Under the pieces are notes generated by a model. It was not told the DNA's origin. It saw nothing but the letters and a program-made list of their open reading frames with translations, and made no database searches. Position numbers and translations under genes: made by a program. Shown here piece by piece: positions 1-10,834 of a stretch of DNA of 64,000 bases. The stretch lies in the NCBI GenBank assembly GCA_963756765.1, contig CAVWPC010000007.1:4821-68820 (forward strand), read 5' to 3'. Each line of letters starts with the position of its first letter. Positions within the stretch are counted from its first letter, which is position 1. Source of the DNA: an uncultured beta proteobacterium. Lineage in GTDB: Bacteria; Pseudomonadota; Gammaproteobacteria; Burkholderiales; Casimicrobiaceae.

Positions 1-248
1 CACAGGAGGTCACGGCGGAACAGCAAAAGGCGCTGCTTGCGGTGAGCGGCGACGCGCTGGCCCAGCGCGACGGGCGTACCGTCCTGTTCGTGGTGCGCGA
101 TGACCGGGCGAACGCGGTGCCGGTCACGACCGGACAGAAGATCGGGGATCTCGTGGCGATCACCGGAGACGTGAAGAGCGGCGAAAAGGCGATCAGCAAG
201 CCCGAGGCGACCCTCACCGCCGGCGCCATGGTCAAGGTCGCGAAATAA
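1..248 (+). CDS. Efflux periplasmic adaptor (MFP/MacA-like), C-terminal fragment, 5' end outside the window
   Basis: C-terminal LFVVRDDRANAVPVTTG...GDVKSGEKAI...LTAGAMVKV is typical of MFP C-termini; lies directly upstream of an ABC ATPase and two permeases. Confidence 0.75.
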   Translation, partial: QEVTAEQQKALLAVSGDALAQRDGRTVLFVVRDDRANAVPVTTGQKIGDLVAITGDVKSGEKAISKPEATLTAGAMVKVAK

Positions 249-271
249 GGCGCGCGGGGACCAGGCGCGCC

Positions 272-1015
272 ATGCCGAATTCCGCCGCCGATGCGTCGCC
301 GTCGACGGCCCCGATGCGGGCCGAGGCGCCTGGGGCGCCCGCGCACGCGTTGGTCTCCATTCGCCGGCTCGCCAAGTACTACCTGCGCGGCGACCAGGTG
401 ATCCCGGTCCTCGAGGACATCAATCTCGAGATTGCGGTCGGCGACTATGTCGCGCTCATGGGCCCGTCGGGATCGGGCAAGTCGACGCTCCTGAACCTCA
501 TCGCGGGGATCGACAAGCCGTCCTCAGGGGAGATCCGCGTGGCAGGGGAGGACATCGCCCGCCTTTCCGACAGTGAGCTCGCCGCGTGGCGCGCGGCGCA
601 CGTCGGGTTCATCTTCCAGTTCTACAACCTGATGCCGGTGCTCACGGCATTCCAGAACGTCGAGTTGCCGCTGCAGCTCACGAGCCTGTCGCGGCGCGAG
701 CGGCACGAACGCGTGGACGTGGCCCTGGCACTGGTGGGCCTCTCCGACCGCCAGGACCACTATCCTAACGAGTTGTCGGGCGGCCAGCAGCAGCGCGTGG
801 CGATCGCGCGGGCCCTGATCACGGATCCGACGCTGATCGTCGCCGACGAGCCCACCGGCGACCTCGACCGCACCACGGCGGAGGAAGTGCTGGTGCTGCT
901 CGAGCGCCTCAACGCGGAGCTCGGCAAGACGATCATCATGGTCACGCACGATCCCAAGGCGGCGGAACACGCGCGCCGCCTGATCCACCTGGAGAAGGGC
1001 GTGCTGGTCGACTGA
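272..1015 (+). CDS. ABC transporter ATP-binding protein (MacB/LolD family)
   Basis: Walker [10 protein letters not shown], signature [14 protein letters not shown], Walker [11 protein letters not shown]-loop MVTHD. Confidence 0.95.
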   Translation: MPNSAADASPSTAPMRAEAPGAPAHALVSIRRLAKYYLRGDQVIPVLEDINLEIAVGDYVALMGPSGSGKSTLLNLIAGIDKPSSGEIRVAGEDIARLSDSELAAWRAAHVGFIFQFYNLMPVLTAFQNVELPLQLTSLSRRERHERVDVALALVGLSDRQDHYPNELSGGQQQRVAIARALITDPTLIVADEPTGDLDRTTAEEVLVLLERLNAELGKTIIMVTHDPKAAEHARRLIHLEKGVLVD

Positions 1016-1042
1016 CCCGGCGCTGCTTCGACCCGCGCTATC

Positions 1043-2200
1043 GTGTTCGTCCCCTTCTTCGTTCTGCGCAACGCCCTGCGGCACAAGCTGCGCACGACGC
1101 TGACGGTGGTGGGCATCATCGTCGCGATCACCGCGTTCGGGTTGTTGCGCACAATTGTGGATGCCTGGTACGCGGGCGCCGAAGCCACGTCGTCGGCGCG
1201 GCTGATCACGCGCAATGCCATTTCACTGGTGTTCCCGCTGCCGCTCAACTATGCGCAGAAGATCCGCCAGGTACCGGGGGTCGCCGCCGTGTCATGGGCG
1301 AACTGGTTTGGCGGCGTCTATATCACTGAGGGCAATTTCTTTCCGCAGTTCGCGGTCGATGCCCCGACCTACCTCGACATGTATCCCGAGTACGTGTTGA
1401 AGCCGGAGGAGCGCAAGGCGTTCCTGGTCGACCGGCAGGGCGTGGTCGTCGGCCGCAAGCTCGCCACCCAGTACGGCTGGAAGCTCGGTGACCAGATTCC
1501 GATCCGCGGCACCATCTATCCGGGTACCTGGACGTTCACGCTGCGCGCGATCTACGACGGCGCCGACGTCAAGGTCGACGAAACGCAATTTCTCTTCCAC
1601 TGGCAATTCCTGAACGAGTCGATCAAGCAGCGCTTTCCGCGCCGTGGCGATCAGATCGGCGTGTACGTCATCGAGATCCGCGATCCGGGCCAGGCAGCCG
1701 AGGTTTCCGAGCGCATCGACTCGACGTTCAAGAACTCGCTCGCCGAGACGCTGACGGAAACCGAGAAGGCGTTCCAGCTGGGCTTTGTCGCGATGACCGA
1801 GGCGATCCTGCTCGCCATCGAGGCGGTTTCGTTCGTGGTGATCGTGATCATCATGGCGGTAATGGCCAATACCATGGCGATGACGGCGCGCGAGCGCTAC
1901 GCCGAGTACGCGACGATGAAGGCGATCGGATTTTCCGATGGCTTTGTCGCGATGCTGATCTGTATCGAGTCGATCGCCATTGCGCTGGCCGGCGGCATCG
2001 TCGGCATTGTCTTGACCTTTCCGCTGGCGGAGATCTTCGGCAAGCAGATGGGCACCTTGTTCCCGGTGTTCTTCGTCTCGCAGACGACGGTGCTGATGCA
2101 GCTGGCGGCGGCACTCGCGATCGGCATTATCGCTGCCGGGGTTCCCGCTTGGCGGGCAGCGCGCATCCGGATCGTCGATGGCTTGCGGGCGATTGCCTGA
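1043..2200 (+). CDS. ABC transporter permease (FtsX/MacB-like)
   Basis: N-terminal [13 protein letters not shown] plus TM helix, periplasmic domain, C-terminal [14 protein letters not shown] with three TM helices. Confidence 0.9.
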   Translation: MFVPFFVLRNALRHKLRTTLTVVGIIVAITAFGLLRTIVDAWYAGAEATSSARLITRNAISLVFPLPLNYAQKIRQVPGVAAVSWANWFGGVYITEGNFFPQFAVDAPTYLDMYPEYVLKPEERKAFLVDRQGVVVGRKLATQYGWKLGDQIPIRGTIYPGTWTFTLRAIYDGADVKVDETQFLFHWQFLNESIKQRFPRRGDQIGVYVIEIRDPGQAAEVSERIDSTFKNSLAETLTETEKAFQLGFVAMTEAILLAIEAVSFVVIVIIMAVMANTMAMTARERYAEYATMKAIGFSDGFVAMLICIESIAIALAGGIVGIVLTFPLAEIFGKQMGTLFPVFFVSQTTVLMQLAAALAIGIIAAGVPAWRAARIRIVDGLRAIA

Positions 2201-2211
2201 GGCATGCACGC

Positions 2212-3382
2212 ATGACCGGCATTCCCCTCACCTACATCGCGCGCAACCTGTGGGCGCGCAAGCTGACCACGGTGCTCACGGCGGGTGGCATGGCGCTGGT
2301 CGTGTACGTGTTCGCGACGGTGTTGATGCTGTCGGCCGGCCTGCGTGAAACGCTGGTCGCGACCGGGCAGCCGGACAACGTGATCGTGATACGCAAGGGC
2401 TCGCAGACGGAGGTGCAAAGCGGCGTCGACCGCAGCTCGGCCGGCATCGTCGAAAGCCTGCCGGATATCGCCACCGGCGGCGCCGGCGACAAGCTCGTGT
2501 CCAAGGAGCCCGTCGTGCTCATCAACCTGCCCAAGCGCGCGTCGGGGAAGCCGTCGAACGTGGTGATTCGGGGCGTCACCGGATCATGGCCTGACCTTGC
2601 GGCCGCAGGTTCGGCTCGTCGAAGGCAGGATGTTCCGTCCGGGCACGTCGGAGATCATCGCCGGCCGCGCGGTGTCCGAAGGATTTCGTGGCGCCGCGAT
2701 CGGCGAGACGCTGCGATTTGCGCAGCGCGACTGGACGGTGGTCGGGGTGTTCGACGCCGGTCGCACCGCATTCAGTTCGGAAATCTGGGGCGACGCCGAG
2801 CAGCTGATGCAGGCGTTCCGCCGGCAGGCGTTCTCGGCCCTGATCTTCCGGCTGGTGGACGTCGACCGCTTCGACAACGTCAAGAGTGCCATCGAAGCGG
2901 ACCCGCGGCTGCAACTCGACGTCAAGCGCGAATCGCAGTTCTATGCCGAGCAGTCCGAGCAGCTGTCGAAGTTCATCTCCTACCTGGGCACGACCATCTC
3001 GGTCATCTTTTCGATCGGCGCGATCATCGGCGCGATGATCACGATGTACGCGAGCGTGGCCTCACGCACCGGCGAGATCGGTACGTTGCGGGCGCTGGGC
3101 TTCTCGCGTGGCGCAATCCTGGTGGCCTTCCTGCTCGAATCGCTGCTGCTGGGGCTGGTCGGCGGCGTGGTCGGCCTCGTCGCGGCGTCGTTCATGCAGG
3201 CCTTCCCGATTTCGACGATGAATTTCCAGACCTTCGCCGAGATCGCGTTTTCGTTCACGCTGACACCGTCGATCATCGTGACCTGCCTCGTGTTCGCGCT
3301 GCTGATGGGGTTTGTCGGCGGCTTCCTGCCGGCGTTTCGCGCGGCACGGATGAAGATCGTCGACGCGCTTCGCGCTGCATGA
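2212..3382 (+). CDS. Second FtsX/MacB-like ABC permease, with one +1 frameshift near 2581-2590
   Basis: Starts MTGIPLTYIARNLWARKLTT at 2212 and continues in another frame as LRPQVRLVEGRMF...SRTGEIGTLRALGF to the stop at 3382; probably a sequencing indel. Confidence 0.85.
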
Positions 3383-3540
3383 CGATGCATGTGCCATCGT
3401 TCGCCATCCTATGCGCCGCACGACGACGCACGTACCGTCGTTCGCCATAATGTGCGCCGCATGACGACGCGCGTGCCGTCGTTCGCCATCCTGTGCGCGG
3501 CATGACGACGCGTGTGCCGTCGCTCGCCGCATTGCGCGCG
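3377..3540. repeat. Tandem repeat, 4 degenerate copies of a 41-bp unit
   Basis: Units start at 3377, 3418, 3459 and 3500; consensus GCATGACGACGCGYGTGCCGTCGTTCGCCATCCTRTGCGCS; the last copy is the start of the downstream CDS. Confidence 0.95.
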
Positions 3541-4612
3541 CACACCGTCGCCCGTGCCACGACGCCGGCACCCGACCTCCTGGCGGCGATCCATCGCGCC
3601 GGGTTCGTGCAGCTCGATCCCATCCGGGCGCCGGCGCGTGCAGCGGACCTCATGCTGCGCCATCGCTGTGCCGGCTACGGCGTCGGCGACCTCGATCGCG
3701 GCTACCCGCAACTCCCGCTGGCCGAAGACTATCTGCACGTGTACGGGGTGATGCCGACGGCAGCGCAGTCGCTGCTGCATCCCCGCGGTACACCCTACAA
3801 GCTGCGCGTCGAGCGCGAGCATCCGCGCCTTGCCGCGCGCGTGCTCGCCCATGTCGCGCGGCACGGCGACACGCATCCGCGCGACCTCGACTCGACCTTC
3901 GGCCGGACGCGGATCGTGAACGGCTGGGGCGGGCAATCCGCGGCGGCGACGCGCATGCTCGAGGCACTGCACTATCGCGGCAAGCTGAAGGTCGTGCGCC
4001 GCGTGAACGGTGTCAAGGTGTATGCGCTGGCCCCGCCGCCGGGGGCGCCCGGTGCCACTCGCGCGACGCGCCGACCGCGTGCTGGCACTGTTGCTGCAAC
4101 TCTACGGACCGTTGCCGGAGATTTCGTTTCGGCAGCTCGTGCGGATGGTGACCGAGAGTTCGCTGTCGCGCGCCATGGGCGAGCGGGCGATCACGCGCAT
4201 GCTCGCTGCCGATGGCGTGACCCGGGCGCTGGTCGATGGCGTGCCGTGGCTGTGGCCCGCCGGCACCCGTTTCGACGATGAACCGACTCCGCAGGTACGC
4301 GTCTTTGCGCCCTTCGACCCGCTCGTGTGGGACCGGCGCCGCTTTGCGATCTTCTGGGGCTGGGCCTATCGGCTCGAGGCCTACACCCCGCCGCCCAAGC
4401 GCGTGTTCGGCTACTACGCGCTGCCGATCGTGTGGCGCGACGACGCGGTCGGCTGGGGGAACGCGGCCGTGGGCGAAGGGACGCTGCGCGTCACCGTGCA
4501 CTACGCCAAAGCCGTGCCGCGGGCGCGCGCGTTCCGGCGGGAACTCGAGGAAGAATTCGAACGGCTGCGGTCCTTCGTCGGTGCGCACCGGCTCGACCTC
4601 GAGCTGGCCTGA
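3502..4612 (+). CDS. ycaQ: YcaQ/AlkZ-like winged-helix DNA glycosylase (crosslink repair), +1 frameshift at the G5 run 4041-4045
   Basis: N-half GFVQLDPIRAPARA (QxD motif); C-half in the next frame VFAPFDPLVWDRRR...YRLEAYTPPPKRVFGYYALP. Confidence 0.8.
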
Positions 4613-4626
4613 GAGCCGCCGAACTT

Positions 4627-5520
4627 ATGCATCGCTTCAGCACACCCGCGTTGTTCCTCACCGCCACCATGATCTGGGGCTCGACCTGGCTCGCGATCAC
4701 CGGGCAGCTCGGCGTGGTGGCGCCGGAGGTGTCGGTGGCGTATCGCTTTGCGCTCGCCGCGGCCCTGATTACCGGCTGGTGCCGTCTCGCCGGCACCTCG
4801 CTGCGCTTTCCGCTGCGCGAGCATGCCTTTCTCGCGGCGCTGGGTGCGACGTTCTTCGGCTTCAACTATGTCGCGATCTACTGGGCCGAGCGTTACGTTA
4901 CCTCCGGATTGGTCGCGGTCGTGTTCTCGACCATCGTGTTCATGTCGCCACTGGCGATGCGGCTTGCCTACGGCTCGCCGCTGTCCTGGCGGACGCTCGT
5001 TGCCGCGGCGTTCGGCGTCAGCGGCATCGGGCTCCTGTTCATGCCCGAGCTGCAGACGGCGCGGCATGGCGGCGCGACCGCGCTCGGCATCGGCCTCGCG
5101 TTGCTGGCGACCGCGTTCGCCGCCGCCGGCAACGTGATCGCGGTACGCAACCACCGGGCGAACCTGCCGATCTTTCCGACCACCGCCTGGGGCATGGCCT
5201 ACGGGGCGCTTGCGGCGGCGCTCGTCGCGATCGTCGCGGGCGCACCGTGGACGTTCGATACGCGGACCGGCTACGTGCTGTCGCTGCTCTATCTGGCCGT
5301 CTTTGGCAGCGTGTTTGCTTTCGGGGCCTATCTCAACCTGTTGAAGCGCGTCGGCGTCGGGCCATCGTCCTTCGTCGGCGTGAGCACGCCGGTGATCGCG
5401 TTGTTGCTGTCGACCCTCGTCGAAGGCTATCGCTGGACGCCGGCGGCTGCGGCCGGTGTCGTGCTGGCGGTGATCGGCAACTGGATGGCGCTGGCGCCTG
5501 TGCGCAAGCCGGCACGGTGA
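4627..5520 (+). CDS. EamA/DMT family transporter
   Basis: IWGSTWLAI N-terminus, about 10 hydrophobic helices, LLYLAVFGSVFAF second repeat. Confidence 0.9.
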   Translation: MHRFSTPALFLTATMIWGSTWLAITGQLGVVAPEVSVAYRFALAAALITGWCRLAGTSLRFPLREHAFLAALGATFFGFNYVAIYWAERYVTSGLVAVVFSTIVFMSPLAMRLAYGSPLSWRTLVAAAFGVSGIGLLFMPELQTARHGGATALGIGLALLATAFAAAGNVIAVRNHRANLPIFPTTAWGMAYGALAAALVAIVAGAPWTFDTRTGYVLSLLYLAVFGSVFAFGAYLNLLKRVGVGPSSFVGVSTPVIALLLSTLVEGYRWTPAAAAGVVLAVIGNWMALAPVRKPAR

Positions 5521-5594
5521 GTTGGGCGACAGCGACTTGAAGTCGCTCCCCTGCTGGCGCGATCAGGATCTGGGGCGACCGCGCCCCCAAGCCG

Positions 5595-6557
5595 TCACTC
5601 GAAGCTCAGGTGCGCTTCGACGATGAGCTTCTTCCAGTTGGCAAGGTCGTCGGCAATCAGGGTGCCGAGTCGTTCCGGCGGACCCGGAATCAGTTCGGCG
5701 CCTTCGCGCTCCAGCCGCGCCTTCACGTCCGGCTGTGCCAGCACCTTCTGTACGCCGGCATTGAGCTTCTCGATCACTGACGGCGGAGTCCCCACGGGCG
5801 CGACGATGCCCCAGTAGTTGACCACGTTCGCCGATGGCACACCTTCCTCCTGCCAGCTCGGCACGTCGGGCAGCTGGGCAATGCGCTTGGCCCCCGTCAC
5901 CGCCAGCACCTTGACGCGCTTCTCGGCGGCGAGGGGCAGCGTGGCCGGAATGGAGGCCGTCATCGCCTGGATCGTCCCGCCGAGGAGGTCCTTGGTGGCG
6001 TCGGCGATGCCGCGATACGGCACGTGCACGACGTTGATGCCGGCGCGCACGTTCATGAGTTCCAGCGCCAGGTGATTGACGCTGCCAGCGCCGGCGGAGC
6101 CGTAGTTGAGCTTCCCCGGCATCGCCTTGGCGAGTGCCACGAATTCGCGCATCGAATTCGCCGGTACATTGTTGGCAACCACGAAAGCCAGCGGACCGGC
6201 GGCAATCGGCGCCACCGGCACGAACTGCCGCACCGGATCGTAGGTGGGATTCTTTGCCGCCGCGGCGACCGTCGTGAACGGCGAGGCCACGAACAGCAGC
6301 GTGTAGCCATCCGGCGCGGCCGCCGCGACTTCGGCGGCGCCGATCGCGCCGCCGGCGCCGGTCTTGTTCTCGACGACCACCGAGGCCTTCATCGACTCGC
6401 CGAGTTTCTGCGCAACGAAGCGGGCGACGGTGTCGGTACCGGCCCCCGGGGTGAATGGCACGATGATGCGGACCGGCTTGGCCGGATAGGTGTCCTGACC
6501 GCTTGCCACCAGCGGCAAGGCGGAGAGGATGAGAAGGGCGACAAGCGGTCGGAGCAT
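5595..6557 (-). CDS. Bug/TctC tripartite tricarboxylate transporter substrate-binding protein
   Basis: Signal peptide, YPAKPVRIIVPFTPGAGTD, VENKTGAGGAIG, HVPYRG. Confidence 0.93.
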   Translation of the reverse strand: MLRPLVALLILSALPLVASGQDTYPAKPVRIIVPFTPGAGTDTVARFVAQKLGESMKASVVVENKTGAGGAIGAAEVAAAAPDGYTLLFVASPFTTVAAAAKNPTYDPVRQFVPVAPIAAGPLAFVVANNVPANSMREFVALAKAMPGKLNYGSAGAGSVNHLALELMNVRAGINVVHVPYRGIADATKDLLGGTIQAMTASIPATLPLAAEKRVKVLAVTGAKRIAQLPDVPSWQEEGVPSANVVNYWGIVAPVGTPPSVIEKLNAGVQKVLAQPDVKARLEREGAELIPGPPERLGTLIADDLANWKKLIVEAHLSFE

Positions 6558-6661
6558 GGTCGTGACCTGGTGAGCGGAAAATTCGGCAGTATCGGTGGAA
6601 TTCGCGTCGGATTTATGTCAGTCGACGTTGATTGAACCGGAAAATCGTTAGGAGCCTGGCC

Positions 6662-7519
6662 TCAATCCACCCCGTGCTTCGGCTCGACATCCACGTTGTC
6701 GATGAGTCGGGTGTTCCCGAGCCGCGCGGCCGCCAGCACGATCAGCAGGTTCGGATGATCGAATCCCTCCGGGTGTGGAATGCGCAGGCCCAGTCCATGC
6801 CGGATGGCGACGTAATCGACGCTCCATCCGCGCGCTGAAAGTTCGGCGCGACCCGTCGCTTCGAGATTGGCGTAGTCCTTGCGCCCTGAAGCGATCGCGT
6901 CGGCCATCCCGCGCAGCACGCGGTAGAGATTTGGCGCCTCGGCGCGCTGCTCGGCGGACAGATACACGTTGCGGGACGACAGCGCGAGACCATCGTCTGC
7001 ACGCACGGTCTCCGCCGGCACGATCTCGATCGGCAGGTTGAACTGCTGCACCATGCCGCGCACGATCTTGAGCTGCTGCCGGTCCTTCTTGCCGAAGACG
7101 GCCACATCGGGCTGCACGAGGTTGAAGAGCTTGAGCACGACCGTGCATACGCCCTCGAAGAATCCGGGACGGAAGGCCCCTTCGAGCTCGCTGCCGATGG
7201 GCGGCGTCTGCACGCGATAGAGCTGCGGCGTCGGGTACATCTCCTGCTCCAGCGGCGAGAAAAGCACGTCGACACCTTCGCGCTCCAGCCCGACGCGGTC
7301 GGCTTCGAGCGTACGCGGGTAGCGGTCGAAGTCCTCGTTCGGGCCGAACTGCAGGCGATTGACGAAAATGCTGGTGACAACGGTTTCGCCGTGCGCACGG
7401 GCGATGCGGCACAGCTGCAGGTGCCCGGCGTGGAGATTGCCCATCGTGGGCACGAACGCGACGCGGCCCGCGTCGCCCAGGCGTTTGGCCAGATCGGCGG
7501 CAGTGTGCAGGATCTCCAT
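6662..7519 (-). CDS. panC: Pantoate--beta-alanine ligase
   Basis: [41 protein letters not shown]; start MEILHT at 7519. Confidence 0.97.
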   Translation of the reverse strand: MEILHTAADLAKRLGDAGRVAFVPTMGNLHAGHLQLCRIARAHGETVVTSIFVNRLQFGPNEDFDRYPRTLEADRVGLEREGVDVLFSPLEQEMYPTPQLYRVQTPPIGSELEGAFRPGFFEGVCTVVLKLFNLVQPDVAVFGKKDRQQLKIVRGMVQQFNLPIEIVPAETVRADDGLALSSRNVYLSAEQRAEAPNLYRVLRGMADAIASGRKDYANLEATGRAELSARGWSVDYVAIRHGLGLRIPHPEGFDHPNLLIVLAAARLGNTRLIDNVDVEPKHGVD

Positions 7520-7523
7520 GGCG

Positions 7524-8168
7524 TCACCCCTGCCCGAGGTTGAAGAATTCGCGACGCGCGCGCATTCCCGCCACCCGGGCAAGCAGCATCTTCATGTGGC
7601 CGGGGTTGTCGACGAAGTTCAGGCGTTCGCTGTTGATGATGAGCAGCGGCGCCTCGTCGTACTGGTAGAAGAAGCGGGAATAGGCATCGGCGAGCCGCGC
7701 CAGGTATTCGTCCGGGATGGAGCGCTCGAAATCGACGCCGCGTGAACGTACCCGCGCCACCAGGGTGTCGACCGGCGCCTGCAAGTAGATGACGAGGTCC
7801 GGCATGGCGGTCTGCGGCTTCAGGTGCGTGTAGACCTTCTCGTAGAGCGCGTACTCGTCGTCGCGCAGGTTGAGGCGCGCGAACAGCGGATCCTTGTCGA
7901 GCAGGAAATCGGCGACGGTCGGCCGGCGGAACATGTCGAGTTGTGCCAGCTCGCGCAGCTGGTCGGCGCGCTGGAACAGGAACGTAAGCTGCGTAGGCAG
8001 CGCGAAGCGCGTCATGTCGTCGTAGAAGCGCGCGAGGAATGGGTTGTCCTCAGGCTGCTCGAGCAGCAGGTCCGCCACCAGGTGATCGGCCAGTTGCCGG
8101 GCGAGACTGGTCTTGCCCGCGCCGATCGGCCCCTCGACAACGACGTAACGGCACTTCTCGAGGTCCAT
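7524..8168 (-). CDS. Deoxynucleoside kinase family protein
   Basis: [15 protein letters not shown]-loop, [10 protein letters not shown]; usual position after folK. Confidence 0.92.
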   Translation of the reverse strand: MDLEKCRYVVVEGPIGAGKTSLARQLADHLVADLLLEQPEDNPFLARFYDDMTRFALPTQLTFLFQRADQLRELAQLDMFRRPTVADFLLDKDPLFARLNLRDDEYALYEKVYTHLKPQTAMPDLVIYLQAPVDTLVARVRSRGVDFERSIPDEYLARLADAYSRFFYQYDEAPLLIINSERLNFVDNPGHMKMLLARVAGMRARREFFNLGQG

Positions 8169-8185
8169 GGGCGACGGGAGGGACG

Positions 8186-8701
8186 CTAGCGCAGGTGGTG
8201 CGTTCGGGTTGGGGTGATCCGCTGCCCCCGCACGGCTCGCCACGCGCGCCGCGCCAGTCCGCGACCCGGAATGGTCACCGCGGGCGCGACATCGAGCAAC
8301 GGGCGCAGCGCGAAGGCGCGTTGGTGCATGCGCGGGTGCGGCAAGGTGAGCTCACGCGATCCATCCGAATCGGCGCGGCGACGATCGTATATTAGCAAAT
8401 CGAGGTCGAGCGACCGGGGGGCGTTGCGGGTCCCATCCCGGGGCCGTCGCCGCCCATGGCGTCGTTCGATGGCGAGCAGCTGCCGGAGCAGTGCCTTGGG
8501 TGGCAGCCGGGTGCGCAACACCGCTGCCGCGTTCACATAGTCCGGCTGGGATGGGTCGCCGCCTTGCGGTGCCGTCAGGTAATTGCGCGAACGGCGCAGG
8601 AGCGACGTGGCGGGGAGGCGACCAAGGGCCAACATGGCGCGTGCGATCTGCCGCCGCGGGTGCGCGAGGTTGCTGCCCAGGCCGACGTAGGCGAGTGGCA
8701 T
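8186..8701 (-). CDS. folK: 2-amino-4-hydroxy-6-hydroxymethyldihydropteridine diphosphokinase
   Basis: AYVGLGSNL, QPDYVNAA, PRSLDLDLL, LPHPRMHQRAF. Confidence 0.96.
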   Translation of the reverse strand: MPLAYVGLGSNLAHPRRQIARAMLALGRLPATSLLRRSRNYLTAPQGGDPSQPDYVNAAAVLRTRLPPKALLRQLLAIERRHGRRRPRDGTRNAPRSLDLDLLIYDRRRADSDGSRELTLPHPRMHQRAFALRPLLDVAPAVTIPGRGLARRAWRAVRGQRITPTRTHHLR

Positions 8702-8721
8702 GGTGGCGCGACCGTCCGCGA

Positions 8722-10080
8722 TCAGCTGTCGTCGCCGGCGCCGTCCTGCGCAAGCATATCGTCGCCCGCCGCGGCGCCGTGCTTGCGACCGCGGCCGCGT
8801 GACCGCCGGCGCTTCTTGGGGGCCTCGTCAGGCTTGAGCATCGCCTCACGCTCGGCCTCACCGGCGTCCTGGAAGCGCGTCCACCAGTCCACCAGTGCCT
8901 GGGGCGCCTCGCCCGAGTCGCCGCGCAGCGCGAGAAAGTCATAGGCGGCGCGGAAGCGCGGGTGCTCGAGCAGCCGGTACGGACGCGCGCCCGCGCGCTG
9001 CTCGAAGCGCGGTTGCAGCGACCAGATTTCCTTGATCGTCGCTTCGAATCGCCGCGGGATCGAGATCTGCTTGGCCTGGGCTTCGAGTACGCGGTCCATG
9101 GCGTCGAAGAGTGCGGGCAGCGCCTTGTCGCCACGCGCCTTCGCGGTATTCCATTGCTGGAGCACCTCGTGCCACAGCAGCGTCGCGAACAGGAACGCCG
9201 GTGACACGCCCTTGCCTTCGCGCACGCGGGTGTCGGTGCCGGCGAGCGCGGCTTCGATGAAGGCGGGCCCGAGCGGCTGCTCGAGGATCACGTCGAGCAG
9301 CGGCAGCAGGCCGTGCGACAGTCCGTGCGCGCGCAGGCTCGCCAGCGTCTCCACCGCATGCCCGGACAGCAGCAGCTTCTGCATTTCATCGAACAGCCGG
9401 GCCGGCGGCACGTTCTGGATGAGGCTCGCGAGCTTCGGTATGGGTGCCGCAGTCTTGGGATCGATCGCCACGCCGACCTTGGCGGCGAGCCGGACCGCGC
9501 GCAGCATGCGCACCGGATCTTCGCGAAAGCGCGTCACCGGCGGGCCGATGAGCTTGAGGCGCTTGGCGCGGATGTCCGTGACACCGCCGACGTAGTCCCA
9601 GATCTCCTCCGACGTCGGATCGAAGTAGAGGGCGTTGATGGTGAAGTCGCGGCGTGCGGCGTCCTCGGCCTGCGTGCCGTACACGTTGTCCGACAGCAGG
9701 CGACCGTGCTCGTCGGTCGACTCCTCCGCGCGCTGCGGCGCGCGGAACGTGGAGACTTCCAGCACCTCGGCACCGACGTGGACGTGGACCAGCCGGAAGC
9801 GGCGACCGATGATGAAGGCGCGCCGGAACAGCGGCTTCACCTGCTCCGGCGTCGCGTCGGTGGCGATGTCGAAGTCTTTGGGGATGAGGCCAACCAGCAG
9901 GTCGCGCACGGCACCACCGACGATGAACGCCTTGAATCCGGCTTCCTGCAGCTTCTCGGTCACCATGCGCGCGCCGCGCGGTACGTGGTCGCGTCGCACC
10001 GGGTGCTCCGTCGCGCCATAGATACGCGGCGCCTTCGCATTGCGGCCGGGCATGAGGCGCGCGAGCAGGCGGCGGATCAT
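8722..10080 (-). CDS. pcnB: Poly(A) polymerase I
   Basis: VGGAVRDLL..PKDFDIAT, IIGRRFRLVHV, RRDFTINAL, EDPVRMLRA, HPRFRAAYDFL, basic C-tail. Confidence 0.96.
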   Translation of the reverse strand: MIRRLLARLMPGRNAKAPRIYGATEHPVRRDHVPRGARMVTEKLQEAGFKAFIVGGAVRDLLVGLIPKDFDIATDATPEQVKPLFRRAFIIGRRFRLVHVHVGAEVLEVSTFRAPQRAEESTDEHGRLLSDNVYGTQAEDAARRDFTINALYFDPTSEEIWDYVGGVTDIRAKRLKLIGPPVTRFREDPVRMLRAVRLAAKVGVAIDPKTAAPIPKLASLIQNVPPARLFDEMQKLLLSGHAVETLASLRAHGLSHGLLPLLDVILEQPLGPAFIEAALAGTDTRVREGKGVSPAFLFATLLWHEVLQQWNTAKARGDKALPALFDAMDRVLEAQAKQISIPRRFEATIKEIWSLQPRFEQRAGARPYRLLEHPRFRAAYDFLALRGDSGEAPQALVDWWTRFQDAGEAEREAMLKPDEAPKKRRRSRGRGRKHGAAAGDDMLAQDGAGDDS

Positions 10081-10171
10081 CGGAATGGGCGGGCGGCGGG
10101 CAACGTGGATAGGCGGGCGGCGCGGAACGGAGGCGCGCGGCGGGCGCAGCCGCCCGACAGGCGGGGCGCGA

Positions 10172-10744
10172 TCATAGCATGGTGGCCGGCCGCGACTCGC
10201 CGGGTGCCAGGCCCGCCAGCGTGAAATCGCCGACGGCGAAACGGATGAGGCGCAGCGTCGGCAGGCCGACCGCCGCGGTCATCCGGCGAATTTGCCGGTT
10301 GCGGCCTTCGGTGAGCACCAGTTCGAGCCAGGCCGTGGGGATGGCCTGGCGCACGCGGATCGGTGGGTGGCGCGGCCAGAGCTGCGACGGTTCGGCGATC
10401 AGGCGCGCACGCGCCGGCCGCGTCGTGCCGTCGGTGAGCGCCACCCCGGACGCGAGCGTACGCAGCTGGGCGTCGGCGGGCGTCCCTTCCACTTGAACCC
10501 AGTAGAACTTCGGCAGCTTGTGCCGGGGATCGGCCAGACGCGCCTGCAGCCGGCCATCGGCGGTCAGCACCACGAGACCCTCGCTGTCGGCATCGAGACG
10601 GCCCGCCGGATACACGTCGCGTGCCGCGACAAAATCGCGCAGGGTCGGGCGCGTCCCGTCGCCCGAGAACTGGCACAGGACGCCGTAGGGTTTGTTGAGC
10701 AGCAGCAATGGGCCGGTCGCTGCGGCACGCGCGGCTCTCGTCAT
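10172..10744 (-). CDS. rluE: 23S rRNA pseudouridine synthase E (RsuA family)
   Basis: NKPYGVLCQF, YPAGRLDADSEGL, EGRNRQIRRMTAAVGLPTLRL; divergent from icd. Confidence 0.88.
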   Translation of the reverse strand: MTRAARAAATGPLLLLNKPYGVLCQFSGDGTRPTLRDFVAARDVYPAGRLDADSEGLVVLTADGRLQARLADPRHKLPKFYWVQVEGTPADAQLRTLASGVALTDGTTRPARARLIAEPSQLWPRHPPIRVRQAIPTAWLELVLTEGRNRQIRRMTAAVGLPTLRLIRFAVGDFTLAGLAPGESRPATML

Positions 10745-10834
10745 GGCGGGTTTGGACAAAATCGCGGATAATTAAAGGTTTGCGGCCACGCACCCACGCG
10801 ACCCCTGCGCGCCCGATTTCTTCCAGGAGCATCC

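Noticed and set aside
3377-3540. CRISPR array
   Set aside because: Units are directly adjacent with no unique spacers, are degenerate, run into a CDS, and no cas genes are present.
10081-10170. GGCGGGCGGC short repeats upstream of pcnB
   Set aside because: Short, irregular, low-complexity GC sequence without consistent period.
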